From: Spirochaetia bacterium
Lineage (GTDB): Bacteria > Spirochaetota > Spirochaetia > CADAEX01
Assembly (NCBI GenBank): GCA_963662265.2
Contig: CAXXHA010000036.1
Location: 153,132 to 217,131, forward strand
DNA: 64,000 nt
Reading direction: 5' to 3'
Shown: positions 29,988 to 41,677 of the stretch, piece after piece
Numbering within the stretch: position 1 is the first letter of the stretch
How the letters are laid out: the number at the start of each line of letters is the position of its first letter
The notes under the pieces: generated by a model
The model's database searches: none
The model's input: only the letters and a program-made list of their open reading frames with translations
What the model was told of the DNA's origin: nothing
Position numbers and translations under genes: made by a program

Positions 29988-32399
29988 TTATCCTTTCATC
30001 AGCTCTTCTGCTACTCTGATTGCTTCAACACCGTCTTTGGAATAGTTTGCTCCTATTGACTCTGCCCATTCTCTTGTTACAACAGCTCCTCCCACCATAA
30101 AGGGGCAGTCAATTCCCTCTTTTTTAGCCATTTCCATGACTTCAGGCATTTTTATCATAGTTGTTGTCATCAGGGCGGAAAGCGCGATAATCTGGGGTTT
30201 GTAATCTTTTGCAGCTTTTATTATTTCTGCAGCAGGAATATCCTTGCCAAGGTCTATAACTTCAAATCCGAAATTCTTCATCATCAGTACAACAATATTC
30301 TTTCCTATATCGTGTATATCCCCTTCAACTGTTGCAAAAATAATTTTTCCCTTGCTTGCGCCCTCTTCCTGGTTCAGCATCGGTTCTAGAAGTGTGAACC
30401 CTTTTTTCATTGTTTCAGCGCTTGCTATAAGCTGCGGCAGGAAATATTCCTTTTTATCATAGAGTTCCCCGACATGAATTATTGCAGGTATCATGATTTT
30501 TTCAAGGAGGTAGCTTGCCTCTGTTTTTTCTTCAACAGCTTTCTTTATTACAGGAAGGATATCATCCCTTATCCCCTCAATAATCCCTTTTCTTACCAGC
30601 TCTTCACTGGACAGCTTTTCCTCTGCGGGAAGTTTTTTTTCTGCTGTTTCAGCAGCATTGTTCTGGCAGAAAGATATATAGCTGAGTGCGTCCTTGTCCC
30701 TTTCGGTGAGAAGGTCTGATGCAGCTTTCAGTTCCATCAGCAGCTTGTTTGCAGGGTTTGCAATTACATGGTTCAGGCCGTTGAAAACTGCCATTGCAAG
30801 GAAGGTTGCATTGATTCTTCCCCTTTCAGGAAGGCCGAATGAGATATTTGAAAGCCCTGCAGCAGCGCCGAATCCGTTTTCTGTTGCCCATGAGATTGTT
30901 TTCAGTGTTTCTTTGGCAGCTTCCGGTTTTGAAGAGACAGTCATTACAAGTCCGTCTACCAGGATATCCTGTTTCCTGTACCCGAGTTTTTCCGCCTTTT
31001 TAAAGACATCCTTTATTATATCGACCCTTCTCTCTGCTTTTGCAGGCAGTTCATCATCTGTCAGCGGCAGCATTATAAACATTGATCCGTATTTCGCGGC
31101 AACCGGGAGAAGCTTTTCAATCTTCTCTTTTTCCCCTGATATTGAATTGATTAAGGCTCTTCCCGGATAATACCTGAGTGCTGCCTCGACAACTGAAATA
31201 TCTGATGAATCAATAACAAGCGGAAGGTCCGTCTGGGGAGAAAGAAGGCTTATCAGATCAAGCATAGTCTGTTTTTCATCAATACCCGGCATTCCCGCGT
31301 TTACATCAAGAAAATCAGCCCCGTCATTTCTCTGTTCGAGCGCGAATTTTCTTACTGTTGTAAATTTCCCCTCTTTGAGTTCCGCCTGGAGCTTTTTCTT
31401 TCCCGTGGGATTTATCCTTTCCCCGATAATCCTGACCGGACTGTTTTTCCAGGTTATAACTGCCTCACGGGAACTTGAAAGTGAGAAGCATCCGACACCC
31501 CCTTCAGGCGGAAGAACAGGTTTTTTACCCTCCATGGCCTTACTCAGTGCATTTATATGGAGTGGAGAAGTGCCGCAGCATCCTCCCATTATGTTTACAC
31601 CTGCATCGCAGAATGCATCTGCATAGGATGCGAAATCAGTTTCATTCATGGGGAATACAGTCTGGCCATCAACAATTGTAGGCATCCCCGCATTCGGTTT
31701 TGCAACAAGTGGGATATCTGTTATATGCTTGATTCTTCTGATTACTTCCAGCATTTCCGCAGGACCTGTGGAACAGTTGCAGCCCACAGCATCTGCACCG
31801 AGGCTCTGGAGCGTAATAAGTGCTGCTTCGGGAGATGTCCCGTTGAGTGTTCTTCCGTCAGGTTCGTATGTCATTGTGACTATTGTAAAAGCATCGGGAT
31901 CGGTTTCCTTCACTGCAATAAGAGCAGCCCTTGCCTCCTGAATATCCATCTGGGTTTCAATTACAAAGAGGTCGGCTCCCCCGTCAATGAGTCCCCTGAC
32001 CTGCCTCTTGCAGGACTCAACAGCTTCATCAAAATCAACTTCTCCGAAAGGCTTTATAAAATGCCCTGTCGGCCCTATATCGCCTGCAACAAGAGTGTCT
32101 TTTCCTACAGCTTCCCTTGCCATTTCCGCGAGTTGTCTGTTGACCCCCTCGACATCTTTTTCGCCGTATTCTTCAAGCTTGTAGCTGTTTGCCCCGAAAG
32201 TGCATGTATATATTATATCTGAGCCTGCATCTGCATAGCTTTTGTATATGGATTTCTGTACTTCAGGATTTTGAATTGCCCACAGTTCAGGACATACACC
32301 AACAGGCATCCCCTTCTTCTGAAGCTCGGTACCTGTCGCCCCGTCAAGAATAAGAATTTTATTCTCAAGCATTTTTCTTATTTCATTTCCATGTTTCAT
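29988..32399 (-). CDS. metH: B12-dependent methionine synthase (Hcy, pterin and B12 domains; no activation domain)
   Basis: LDGATGT, GCNCS, GGCCGT, IGERINPTGKK, EGDIHDIGKN. Confidence 0.9.
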   Translation of the reverse strand: MKHGNEIRKMLENKILILDGATGTELQKKGMPVGVCPELWAIQNPEVQKSIYKSYADAGSDIIYTCTFGANSYKLEEYGEKDVEGVNRQLAEMAREAVGKDTLVAGDIGPTGHFIKPFGEVDFDEAVESCKRQVRGLIDGGADLFVIETQMDIQEARAALIAVKETDPDAFTIVTMTYEPDGRTLNGTSPEAALITLQSLGADAVGCNCSTGPAEMLEVIRRIKHITDIPLVAKPNAGMPTIVDGQTVFPMNETDFASYADAFCDAGVNIMGGCCGTSPLHINALSKAMEGKKPVLPPEGGVGCFSLSSSREAVITWKNSPVRIIGERINPTGKKKLQAELKEGKFTTVRKFALEQRNDGADFLDVNAGMPGIDEKQTMLDLISLLSPQTDLPLVIDSSDISVVEAALRYYPGRALINSISGEKEKIEKLLPVAAKYGSMFIMLPLTDDELPAKAERRVDIIKDVFKKAEKLGYRKQDILVDGLVMTVSSKPEAAKETLKTISWATENGFGAAAGLSNISFGLPERGRINATFLAMAVFNGLNHVIANPANKLLMELKAASDLLTERDKDALSYISFCQNNAAETAEKKLPAEEKLSSEELVRKGIIEGIRDDILPVIKKAVEEKTEASYLLEKIMIPAIIHVGELYDKKEYFLPQLIASAETMKKGFTLLEPMLNQEEGASKGKIIFATVEGDIHDIGKNIVVLMMKNFGFEVIDLGKDIPAAEIIKAAKDYKPQIIALSALMTTTMIKMPEVMEMAKKEGIDCPFMVGGAVVTREWAESIGANYSKDGVEAIRVAEELMKG

Positions 32400-32511
32400 A
32401 GTGTATCTCCTGAAATACTGATTTATTGTTTTTTTACATTAAATTATGATTGTTTTCAACACAGATATCTGATGAAATTTTCCTGGTAATAATATCTGAG
32501 GCCTGAGTTTT

Positions 32512-33144
32512 TCAGATAATCCCTGTTATTGCAATTACAGATTTCTGCGGTATCATCATGAAGCTTTTTGTAAGAGTGATTCCCAGTTTATCAAGGTCAA
32601 GGATATCATATATTGTTTTCTGGATCTCGAGGCTCAAGTCCCCGTATCCCGGTGAAAAACGCTTTGAAAGCAGTTTTTTTGATTCTCTCACAAGGTTCCT
32701 GCTGTAGAGAGACATCACATAATCAAGACCTGAATCCACAATTTCACCTGCAGCAGCATCAATCACAACAGCTTTTGTCATTTCAGATTTCTGGCATTCC
32801 TCGACAGCATCCATTACTGCTTTTCCCCCGGTAATTCCCATCAGTAATACTTCATTTGAATCTTTCAGGAACCTGGAAAGGTATTTGCTGGTTATTTTAA
32901 ATGAATTGTCATCAGTATTTTTTTTATCGGCAGGAAATTCTACAGTTACAGAATCATCATCCCTATCAGTTATTTTAAGCCTTTCCGCAGATGCTTTCAG
33001 GCTTAGCAGGAATGCTGCCTCTTCAATATAGCTGTTAACTTCAGCCAGGAATGAATCAGATACTTCGGCTGTTTTCTTCTTGTATCCGAGCCGAACAAGT
33101 ATTGGGTGGCTGTCAATTTTTACAGGTATACTGCTGATAATCAT
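32512..33144 (-). CDS. Stand-alone methionine synthase activation (AdoMet) domain
   Basis: RFSPGYGDL and MMIPQKSV motifs; adjacent to metH. Confidence 0.85.
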   Translation of the reverse strand: MIISSIPVKIDSHPILVRLGYKKKTAEVSDSFLAEVNSYIEEAAFLLSLKASAERLKITDRDDDSVTVEFPADKKNTDDNSFKITSKYLSRFLKDSNEVLLMGITGGKAVMDAVEECQKSEMTKAVVIDAAAGEIVDSGLDYVMSLYSRNLVRESKKLLSKRFSPGYGDLSLEIQKTIYDILDLDKLGITLTKSFMMIPQKSVIAITGII

Positions 33145-33230
33145 GGCCTATTATACCAGAAGCAAATAAGTTTATTACATAGCCATATCTGTTTAATTTT
33201 ACTATTTAGGATAATTTCAATTTATTTTAC

Positions 33231-35676
33231 TTAACTGTAAAGCTCCTTTTTTACAGCAATTCCTATTTTTTCGATAGTATACGGTTTTTTTATAAACTGT
33301 CCTGCCCCGAGTTTCATTGTTTCCCTGACTCTGTCATTTTCCGCATAACCGCTTGCAATTACAGCTTTCTGGTCATGCTTTACTTCAAGGATTTTCCTGT
33401 ATGTTTCCAGCCCGTCAACGTCCGGATCTTCCAGAATCATATCCAGGATAACAAGGTCTGTCCTGTTGTTCCTGACAAACTCAACAGCCTCATCCGCATC
33501 TTTTACAGAAAAAGCATTATATCCGAGACTCTTCAGTATTTCACATGAAAGCTCTCTCTGTTCCCTGATATCGTCAACAATGAGAATATATTCTCCGTTG
33601 CCGGAATACGACTCTCTTTCATGGGGAACAGTGCTTTCTTCCAGTGCTTCCCTGGCTGCAGGAAAATAAAGCTGGAATTCTGTTCCCCAGTTTTCTCTGG
33701 TTTGAACATTGATAGCACCGTTATGGTCCTGTATTGTTCCCCAGACAACAGCCATTCCCAGCCCTGTTCCGCTTCGCCCCCATCACTTTTTTGGAAAAAA
33801 AGGGTTCAAAAATATGCTCAAGATCATCATTGCTGATTCCCTGCCCGTTGTCTTTTATACTGAGAAGTACATAATCTCCCTCATCTAGCTGCTGGTAACC
33901 TGTTATCGGTTTATCCGCATAGTAGTTTTCTGTTTTTAAGATTATCCTGCCTCCATCCGGCAGTGCTTCTGCCGCATTGTTTACCAGGTTCATTACAGAT
34001 TTCTGAATATGTATTTCTGATCCCCTGATTTTCATCAGATCCGGTTCCAGAAAAGTTTCAATAGACACATCAGGATGAGATGACATTGTATTTACATGTT
34101 CAGGAGAAATCAGATACTGGCTTATTATCCTGTTTATATCCAGAAGAACAGACTGCTGAACCCCTCTCCTTGCCAGTGCAAGAAGGTCTTCAACAATGGC
34201 TGCAGCCTTGTTCCCTGATGTCAGTATTGTCTGTATATATTTCCTGTGGGGGTCATCTTCTGCCATTGTCTCCAGGATAAGTTCAGGGTATCCTATAACT
34301 GCGGAAAGAACATTGTTAAGATCATGGGCAACCCCGCCGGCAAGGAGCCCGAGGGCTTCCATTTTCCTGCTCCTCAGAAGCTGCTCCTGTATCTGCCTGA
34401 GTGCTTCTTCTGCCCGGTTTCTCTCATCTGTCATCATGTTTGCAGATTCTGCAAGATTTCTGAACTCTTTGAATTTGATATTCTCTGTATCTATTTTTAC
34501 TGATTTGACTGCTGATTGTTTGAAAAACTCATTGAACCTGTTGATATTCATTGTAATTGAACCTGCTGTGAATTTTGAAAACCTGAATATCAGAATAAGA
34601 GTGATGATTAGAACAAAGATAATAATTGCAATGTCCCTCGAAATATTTCCTATAAGTTCTTTCTGCTTTAAATTTATTATTTTATCAATTTCATCAACAT
34701 ATACACCGGTTCCGACAGTCCACTGCCAGTCATTGACATTTTTTATAAATGCTATTTTATTTCCGGGTCTTTCATTAGTGATGTATGATATTAACCTGTA
34801 TTCCAGAAAATCCCCCTGTTCCTTTCTGGAAAGCCTGATCATTTCTCTGAAGATAAATTTCCTGTCAGCGTCCCGGTAATCAAGAAGATTATTGTTTATA
34901 ATATCTCTATCCCTGTGAGCTAAAACTTTCCCCAGGTAATCTATCACAAAAATATAACCGTCTTTATTGAATCGTATTTTATTGATCCAGCCAAGTGTTT
35001 CATTTTTTATATCTTCTGTGAAATCCTCAATATATTCGCCTGTTCCTATGAACAAATTATAAGGGGGGAAGGATTTCAGAAAACCTATTTTCTTCATCAT
35101 TCCGCCGGAATCACCCGGTTTAAACCAGTGCCATTCCATGAAACCTTCGCCTGATGATGAAACCAGTTTTATCGCTCTCTGTATTGTGTATAATCCTCTG
35201 CTGTCCTGTAAATCTATCAGGTTAGTCCCTTCAAGTTCGGGAGATGTAGGAAGCAGGATATTGTTTCCCTTCATATCATATATATAGAAATATCCCCTCC
35301 CGTTGTTGAATCTCACAGGGCGGAGAGCTTCTTTTATCAGGTTTATGATTTCGTTCCTGCTTCGCTTCCCTTTAAACCTGTTGTAAATACCTTCTGCAAC
35401 AACATATGCTTCGTACACCCTTTCTTTCAGCGATGTTTCCAGTTCATTTCTCGTATGCTGCTTCCTGAACTCAATATATTCAATCGCCCTTGATACTTCG
35501 TCTCTGGCTTTCTCTTTCTGTTGAGTAATATAATTTGCACTCAGTGATTTTCTTTCGCTGCTGAATTTCCTTATTTCTCCCGAAATCAAAATACTTCCCA
35601 CGATGAAAACAGAAATAAATGAGGTGAAAAACATGGCTGCTGTTACTGATTTCTTGAAGCTGTCTAAAAACTTCAT
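33231..35676 (-). pseudogene. Hybrid sensor histidine kinase: tandem Cache domains, HisKA, HATPase, receiver; one frameshift near 33779
   Basis: LAGGVAHDLNN, NLVNNAAEA, DNGQG, EPFFSKK; removing one G gives GRSGTGLGMAVVWG, joined to the receiver (ILIVDD, LVILDM, KKPY). Confidence 0.88.
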
Positions 35677-35952
35677 TATTGAAAGTCCTCCGTAATACAG
35701 CAGCACTTTCCCGATGCAGAAACCTGTAAAACAGATAATTTGTTTATATTGTATTATGCTGTTGTACAACAATTTATGTATCTAAACTAAGTATAGGATT
35801 CTGAAGTTTCAGATGTCAATGTTGTGTTTTTCTCTCCCGGGTCCTGTTTGCGGGTTATCAGTTTTTTTTACTTTTCTTGCTTTCTGCATGGTATTGAGTT
35901 AAATTTACTGCATAATGATGCAATTCAGTTACACGCGACGGGAGAAAAGTAA

Positions 35953-36864
35953 ATGAAAATAGGTTTTGTAGGGCTTGGAAAAATGGGCCTTCCTATGACT
36001 GAGCGGCTGCTTAAAGGCGGTCATGATGTTGTTGTTTATAACCGGTCCAGGGAAAAAGTGGAAAAAGCTGTTGAAAACGGTGCTGAAGGTTCTCAGTCGG
36101 TTGAAGAACTTGTTGACAGGCTTGAAGGAAGAAAGGTTGTATGGCTCATGGTCCCATCCGGCAGTCTTGTTGATGACATGATAGAAAAGGTTTCTGTTAA
36201 AATGAATAAGAACGATATAATAATTGACGGAGGGAATTCCAACTGGAAGGATTCCATGAGGAGGGGAACTTCCCTCTCTGAAAAAGGGATTCATTATATT
36301 GACTGCGGAACAAGCGGCGGCGTATGGGGACTTGAAAACGGATACTGCCTCATGTACGGGGGGGAAGAGGAGCCCTGCAGTTATGCAGAGCCGATTTTCA
36401 GGACTCTTGCCCCTGAAAACGGGTATCTCCGCTGCGGAAAAACCGGATCAGGCCATTTTGTGAAAATGGTCCATAATGGGATAGAATACGGGATGATGCA
36501 GGCCTATGCCGAAGGTTTTGCCATAATGGAGAAATCCGAGTTTAATATTGATAATAGGGCTGTAAGCAAAGTGTGGCAGCATGGATCAGTAATAAGATCC
36601 TGGCTTCTTGAACTTGCAGATAAAGCTTTTTCCGATGATCCGGAACTTGAAAAACTTGAACCGTTTGTTGCAGACAGCGGGGAAGGGCGGTGGACTGTAG
36701 ATGCAGCTGTTGAACTGGGCGTGCCTGCTCCTGTTATTTCATCATCAATATTTTCGAGATTCCAGTCCCAGGGGAACGGCGACTTTTCAATGAAAATTCT
36801 TTCAGCGCTGAGAAATCAGTTCGGTGGACATGCTGTCAGGGAAAAAGGGAAATCCGGGGGATAA
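35953..36864 (+). CDS. gnd: 6-phosphogluconate dehydrogenase (decarboxylating, short type)
   Basis: GLGKMG, IDGGNS, GHFVKMVHNGIEYG, DSGEGRWT, RNQFGGH. Confidence 0.95.
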   Translation: MKIGFVGLGKMGLPMTERLLKGGHDVVVYNRSREKVEKAVENGAEGSQSVEELVDRLEGRKVVWLMVPSGSLVDDMIEKVSVKMNKNDIIIDGGNSNWKDSMRRGTSLSEKGIHYIDCGTSGGVWGLENGYCLMYGGEEEPCSYAEPIFRTLAPENGYLRCGKTGSGHFVKMVHNGIEYGMMQAYAEGFAIMEKSEFNIDNRAVSKVWQHGSVIRSWLLELADKAFSDDPELEKLEPFVADSGEGRWTVDAAVELGVPAPVISSSIFSRFQSQGNGDFSMKILSALRNQFGGHAVREKGKSGG

Positions 36865-36868
36865 TACT

Positions 36869-38350
36869 GTGGATAATGATTCAATCCTTGTAATCTTCGG
36901 AGCCTCAGGTGATCTTTCCAGGAGAAAGCTTATCCCTGCTTTTACAAATCTTTTAAAAAACGGCTCAATAGGCAGAAGGACAAAAATCCTTGGAGTTGGC
37001 CGTACAGATCTTTCTGATGAAGATTTCAGGCAGCTTACAGACTACAGCGGCAGGGATGATGCATTTTTCTACCAGCAGATTGATACGGAAGACCCTGTTT
37101 CCTATATAAAGCTGAAGGACAGGCTTTCAATCCTGGACAGCGGAGAAGAAAAGTGCGGCCGGTATATTTTTTACCTGGCAGTTCCCCCTGTGATGTATCC
37201 CAAAATAATTGATGGCCTCTCTCATGTTTCACTTAACATTGCCGGTGAAAAAAACGGCTGCAGAAGAATTGTCATTGAAAAACCTTTCGGAAGTTCCCTG
37301 AAAACAGCAGTTGAATTAAACGCTAAGCTTCATGCGGGATTTTCCGAGGAGCAGATTTTCAGAATTGACCATTACCTGGGTAAGGAGACTGTTCAGAACA
37401 TCCTTGCCTTTCGTTTTTCAAACGGTATATTTGAACCTCTCTGGAACAGGAACTATATAAGCTTTGTGGAAATAACAGCAGCTGAAAGCATCGGTATAGA
37501 GAAAAGGGGCAGGTATTATGAAAAATCCGGAGCTCTCCGCGATATGGTGCAGAATCACCTGCTTCAGCTTACCGCAGTTGCAGCAATGGAACCGCCTGCC
37601 AGGTTTAACGCAGACAGTGTCAGGTCCGAGACTTTAAAAGTATTTCAGGCGCTGAGACTTTATGAAGAAGATGAAATACCTCTGAATGTTGTAAAGGGAC
37701 AGTATTCGGAATCTGTCATCAGAGGGGAAAGAGTTAAAGGTTACCGTGAAGAGGATAATGTTTCCCCGGGTTCAAGGACTGAAACATTTGCCGCTCTGAG
37801 AGTCTTTATAGACAACTGGAGATGGGGCGGTGTCCCTTTTTTCATCAGGACAGGAAAAAAACTTCCTGCAAGGGTTTCTGAAATTGTGATTCATTTTAAA
37901 CCGACACCTTCCCAGATATTTTCCGGACAGAACAGCAGCTGCAGCTGTGAAAATGTCCTGATTCTCAGAATTCAGCCGGATGAAGGTGTTTTAATGACTC
38001 TTGGAATGAAAAGGCCGGGAGGCGGTTTCGAAATACAGGAAATGGAGATGGATTTCAGGTATTCAGATATTTCCGATTCAGCGCTTCCCGATGCTTATGA
38101 GAGGCTTCTCTTTGATATTGTCCAGGGTGACCAGACCCTGTTTACACGATCTGACGGAGTAGAGGAATGCTGGAAATTTATTGATCCTGTAATCAGGTAC
38201 TGGGAAAATAACAGTAGTGCCCCGGTTTTCAGTTATCCTGCCGGGACATGGGGACCTGAAGAAGCTGAAAAGCTGATAAAAGATTCAGGTTCCGGATGGA
38301 GGTATCCATGCAAAAATCTAACAGAAACAGGTACTTATTGTGAATTGTGA
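36869..38350 (+). CDS. zwf: Glucose-6-phosphate 1-dehydrogenase
   Basis: IFGASGDL, EKPFG, RIDHYLGKE, DMVQNH; probable GTG start. Confidence 0.96.
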   Translation: MDNDSILVIFGASGDLSRRKLIPAFTNLLKNGSIGRRTKILGVGRTDLSDEDFRQLTDYSGRDDAFFYQQIDTEDPVSYIKLKDRLSILDSGEEKCGRYIFYLAVPPVMYPKIIDGLSHVSLNIAGEKNGCRRIVIEKPFGSSLKTAVELNAKLHAGFSEEQIFRIDHYLGKETVQNILAFRFSNGIFEPLWNRNYISFVEITAAESIGIEKRGRYYEKSGALRDMVQNHLLQLTAVAAMEPPARFNADSVRSETLKVFQALRLYEEDEIPLNVVKGQYSESVIRGERVKGYREEDNVSPGSRTETFAALRVFIDNWRWGGVPFFIRTGKKLPARVSEIVIHFKPTPSQIFSGQNSSCSCENVLILRIQPDEGVLMTLGMKRPGGGFEIQEMEMDFRYSDISDSALPDAYERLLFDIVQGDQTLFTRSDGVEECWKFIDPVIRYWENNSSAPVFSYPAGTWGPEEAEKLIKDSGSGWRYPCKNLTETGTYCEL

Positions 38351-39095
38351 TTTTTCAGTGAAAATTTTTGATAATGCTTCAGATCTTGTCATGTCGCTTT
38401 CGGAAGAATTTTTTGATGAAGTGAAAAAAATCATCGGAGAGGGAAGAAAGCTTAATGTTGCTTTATCGGGTGGAAGTACTCCTGACTTTTTTTACTCATA
38501 TCTGGCAAAAACAGAAGAGGTGAAAAACCAGTTTCTTGATAATGTCAATTTTTTCTGGGTTGATGAGAGATGTGTTCCCCCCGATAATCCGGAAAGTAAT
38601 TTCAGGAAGGTTAACAGCATACTCTTTGAACCTAAAGGGATCCGGGAGGATAATATCTTCAGGATAATGGGGGAAAACCCGCCGGAAGAGGAAGCCGAGA
38701 GGTACAGAAAGGTTCTTGAGGAAAATCTTCCCCGTAAAAACTCCTTTCCTTTTTTTGATATTGTTTTTCTTGGTGTAGGTTCTGACGGCCATATCGCGAG
38801 TCTTTTTCCTGAAAGCAGTCTCCTTAAAGTGAGGAAAAAACTCACAGGTGTTGCTGAATCTCCGGAAAACGGGATAAAGCGGATTACAATAACACTTCCT
38901 GTGATAAACAATGCCGGGAAAGTCATATTTATTGTAACAGGCGCAAAAAAAAGGAAAATTGTCAGGACTCTGTGTAGCTATGAAAATCATTCAAATATCC
39001 TGTACCCGGCGTCAATGGTAAAGACAAAGGATAATAATGTTGAATGGTATGTTGATTCCCTTGCCTGGTCTACATGGGAACAGGACAGCGACTGA
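38340..39095 (+). CDS. pgl: 6-phosphogluconolactonase
   Basis: ALSGGSTP, VDERCVP, LGVGSDGHIASLFP. Confidence 0.94.
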   Translation: MNCDFSVKIFDNASDLVMSLSEEFFDEVKKIIGEGRKLNVALSGGSTPDFFYSYLAKTEEVKNQFLDNVNFFWVDERCVPPDNPESNFRKVNSILFEPKGIREDNIFRIMGENPPEEEAERYRKVLEENLPRKNSFPFFDIVFLGVGSDGHIASLFPESSLLKVRKKLTGVAESPENGIKRITITLPVINNAGKVIFIVTGAKKRKIVRTLCSYENHSNILYPASMVKTKDNNVEWYVDSLAWSTWEQDSD

Positions 39096-39274
39096 TTCAA
39101 ACAAGGAAACATCTAGATGATAATCTTTATCAGTCCGATTTTTAACTGTCGGGCTTGTTTTGTACTTTTCCGGACAATTTGCAATATCCGGTTTATATAG
39201 TGTCTTCTGGGAACATCGTTTACTCAGGGTACAACCGGTGGGATTAAATTTATACAGGCTTTTCAGTTTTGTTT

Positions 39275-40888
39275 TCAGGATATGCAGGGGGAAAACTTCT
39301 CAAAAAAAAGCTCTTCCATTTTTCTGTTAATCCCCGGCGCCCTTGTTATAACTGCTTTCCTGTTTTTCCTTGCAGCAGTATACAGTTTCCTCTCTTTTAT
39401 TATTCTCTCTGCAAGTTCCGAATCAGAACCTGTCAGCTGCTTTTTTTTATAAAGGTTTACAGTTCTTGAAAGCCTGAATGCAGTTATAAGCTGCTCTGTT
39501 GTCAGTGAACTGTTCCATGGATATGCCGAACTTCCCCTTAGAAGTCCCGGAGGTATATCATTGAAAATTTCTCTGCTGCTGAAATCAGGCAGACCGGGAA
39601 CTGAGTAAAACATCGAAATTCCTGCTATGCCCGGGTTCTCCGCAATGAATAAGAGTGAGTCTATTACTTTCTCAGGTGTATCATTCTTCAATCCTGCAAT
39701 AAAATAGGAGACTGCCGGGACAGATCTCTTATACAGGTAATTGAGCAGTTCTGAAAGATGGCTGCTGCTTCCTTTTCTTTTTTCACCGCCAATGACATCC
39801 GGGCTGACAGAGCCGAGTGTGAAGTTGAATTGTCTGAAATTCCTGTCAATAAGCTGTCCGCACAAGTCTGTGGAAAGGAGGTTGTAATCAAGGCCGTTTT
39901 CGGCGCTGTAGAGTATTTTTTCAGTTTCTGTGAATTTGCTGAAAAAATCTGTGAAAATATCCAGTATGCTGAAAAAATAGCTTTTATCTGTAAGCAGGTT
40001 ATCATCCTCGAAATTTATAAAGAATTTTTTCCCCCTGTGCCTGGAAAATATTTCCTCTTTGTTGTTAAGCTCCTGTATTACTGATTCTGGAGGGACTTTT
40101 CTGAAATCCCTTCCGTGTGTTATGAAGTTTGAACAGAATCTGCATCTCTTGTTGCATCCCCTGCTGAGAAGTGCGGATATGTTTACTGAAGACCTATCTG
40201 ATTTTGCCGCATTTACAGAGAGGCCGAAATCCCCCTCCTCTGTGTGTGGGGCTGTATAAATATTTTTATAAACTGCATCAGTCAGAAGGTTTCCCTTATC
40301 TCTTCCAGAGTCTTTATCCCTGTCCTGACTTTTAAAACTGCTGTTCAGCGAATTGAAGAATTCCCTTATTACTGTTTCCCCCTCGCCCGGGAGAACAGCA
40401 TCGAAATATGGGGTAAAATAATCCGGATTAACAGAAACCCCTGCTCCCCCTGCTATCAGTCTCAGTCCGGGATTTCTTTTTTTCAGCTCTGCTGCAAGTT
40501 CCACTACCGGCTCGGCATAACAGTAGGCAAAAAGAGAGAAAAAAACTGCATCCGGCATTATTTTCTCAATTGCTTCGCAGCATTTCCCTGCTGATGGGCC
40601 GAATCTCCTGAAAGTGGAAAAAAAGGAACAGCTTCCTGTTTCCCCCTGTATCATATAATCCTTCAGGTAGGAAAGGTATCCCGGGAGCGGTATCTGTTTC
40701 CTTCTGCCTGAGATTGGCAGATTTATAATCTCCGTGTGTATCCTGCCGCAGTTTTCAATAATTTCCGCCGCCTTGAGTGCTCCGAGAGATGCAAAGCGGT
40801 GGTCTGTAAAATAAAAATCTTCGACAGGGGGAATAACAACTGCTGCTTTCATCATTGATATTTTAACCGGATATTCATGCTGCTTCAA
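39275..40888 (-). CDS. B12-binding-like radical SAM protein
   Basis: SRGCNKRCRFC (CxxxCxxC), IAGGAG, GEGE, FEDDNL. Confidence 0.8.
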   Translation of the reverse strand: MKQHEYPVKISMMKAAVVIPPVEDFYFTDHRFASLGALKAAEIIENCGRIHTEIINLPISGRRKQIPLPGYLSYLKDYMIQGETGSCSFFSTFRRFGPSAGKCCEAIEKIMPDAVFFSLFAYCYAEPVVELAAELKKRNPGLRLIAGGAGVSVNPDYFTPYFDAVLPGEGETVIREFFNSLNSSFKSQDRDKDSGRDKGNLLTDAVYKNIYTAPHTEEGDFGLSVNAAKSDRSSVNISALLSRGCNKRCRFCSNFITHGRDFRKVPPESVIQELNNKEEIFSRHRGKKFFINFEDDNLLTDKSYFFSILDIFTDFFSKFTETEKILYSAENGLDYNLLSTDLCGQLIDRNFRQFNFTLGSVSPDVIGGEKRKGSSSHLSELLNYLYKRSVPAVSYFIAGLKNDTPEKVIDSLLFIAENPGIAGISMFYSVPGLPDFSSREIFNDIPPGLLRGSSAYPWNSSLTTEQLITAFRLSRTVNLYKKKQLTGSDSELAERIIKERKLYTAARKNRKAVITRAPGINRKMEELFFEKFSPCIS

Positions 40889-40950
40889 TATTGCATGATA
40901 AAAGAGATTAAATATAAATGTTTTTAATGATTTGTTCCGATAGATGTATT

Positions 40951-41364
40951 ATGAAGAAGATATTTGTTATTTCATTATTTATACTGTGTGCTTTTTTTGT
41001 ATATGCTACTTCGGGAGCAACAGAGGACCGTAACAATGACGGAAATCCTGACCAGTGGTATGAATTTTCCGCTGACGGAAACGAAGTTGTTAAATCTGAT
41101 AACAATTTTGACGGCGTAGTAGATTATGAACTTGAATATGATTCAAACGGATTGAAGATTCTGGAATCCGAGGATTTCAACAGTGACGGTATAATGGATG
41201 ATTTTTATTATTATGAAAACGGTATTCTTGTCAGGCATGAAGTTGATTCCAATTTTGATTCAGAGGTAGATCTCTGGGTATATCTGGATGAGGGTGTTTA
41301 TATCAAAAAAATTGAGAGGGATACGGATTATGATGGAACTCCCGATATTATAAAGGAGTATTAA
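40951..41364 (+). CDS. Secreted protein with five DxNxDGxxD repeats (putative Ca-binding)
   Basis: Signal peptide; DRNNDGNPD, DNNFDGVVD, DFNSDGIMD, DSNFDSEVD, DTDYDGTPD. Confidence 0.7.
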   Translation: MKKIFVISLFILCAFFVYATSGATEDRNNDGNPDQWYEFSADGNEVVKSDNNFDGVVDYELEYDSNGLKILESEDFNSDGIMDDFYYYENGILVRHEVDSNFDSEVDLWVYLDEGVYIKKIERDTDYDGTPDIIKEY

Positions 41365-41677
41365 TCCCTGATTCTTATCATATACTGACTGAAAAAAAAT
41401 CCTTAAATCAAGGATTATCTGGATTATCAGAAATTTATTTTACGCCGGTTAAGCTTAACAAACCGGCTTTTTTTATGTATAAACATCAGGATAGTCATTT
41501 GCATGGATTTTGTGCAACATGCGTAAATTGCTTTTAAACAGCTGGATTTTTTTACAGGGATTTCTGTTGTTTTGTAAAATAATATCTGCTGCGTTGATTG
41601 GCTGAAATCATGACAGATCGGAGAGTGAATCAATATACAGGCAAAACGCAGAAAAATTTATATCAAAGTTGGGAAAA

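Noticed and set aside
33145-33230. SAM or cobalamin riboswitch upstream of the methionine synthase genes
   Set aside because: The spacer is short and AT-rich and lacks the conserved cores.
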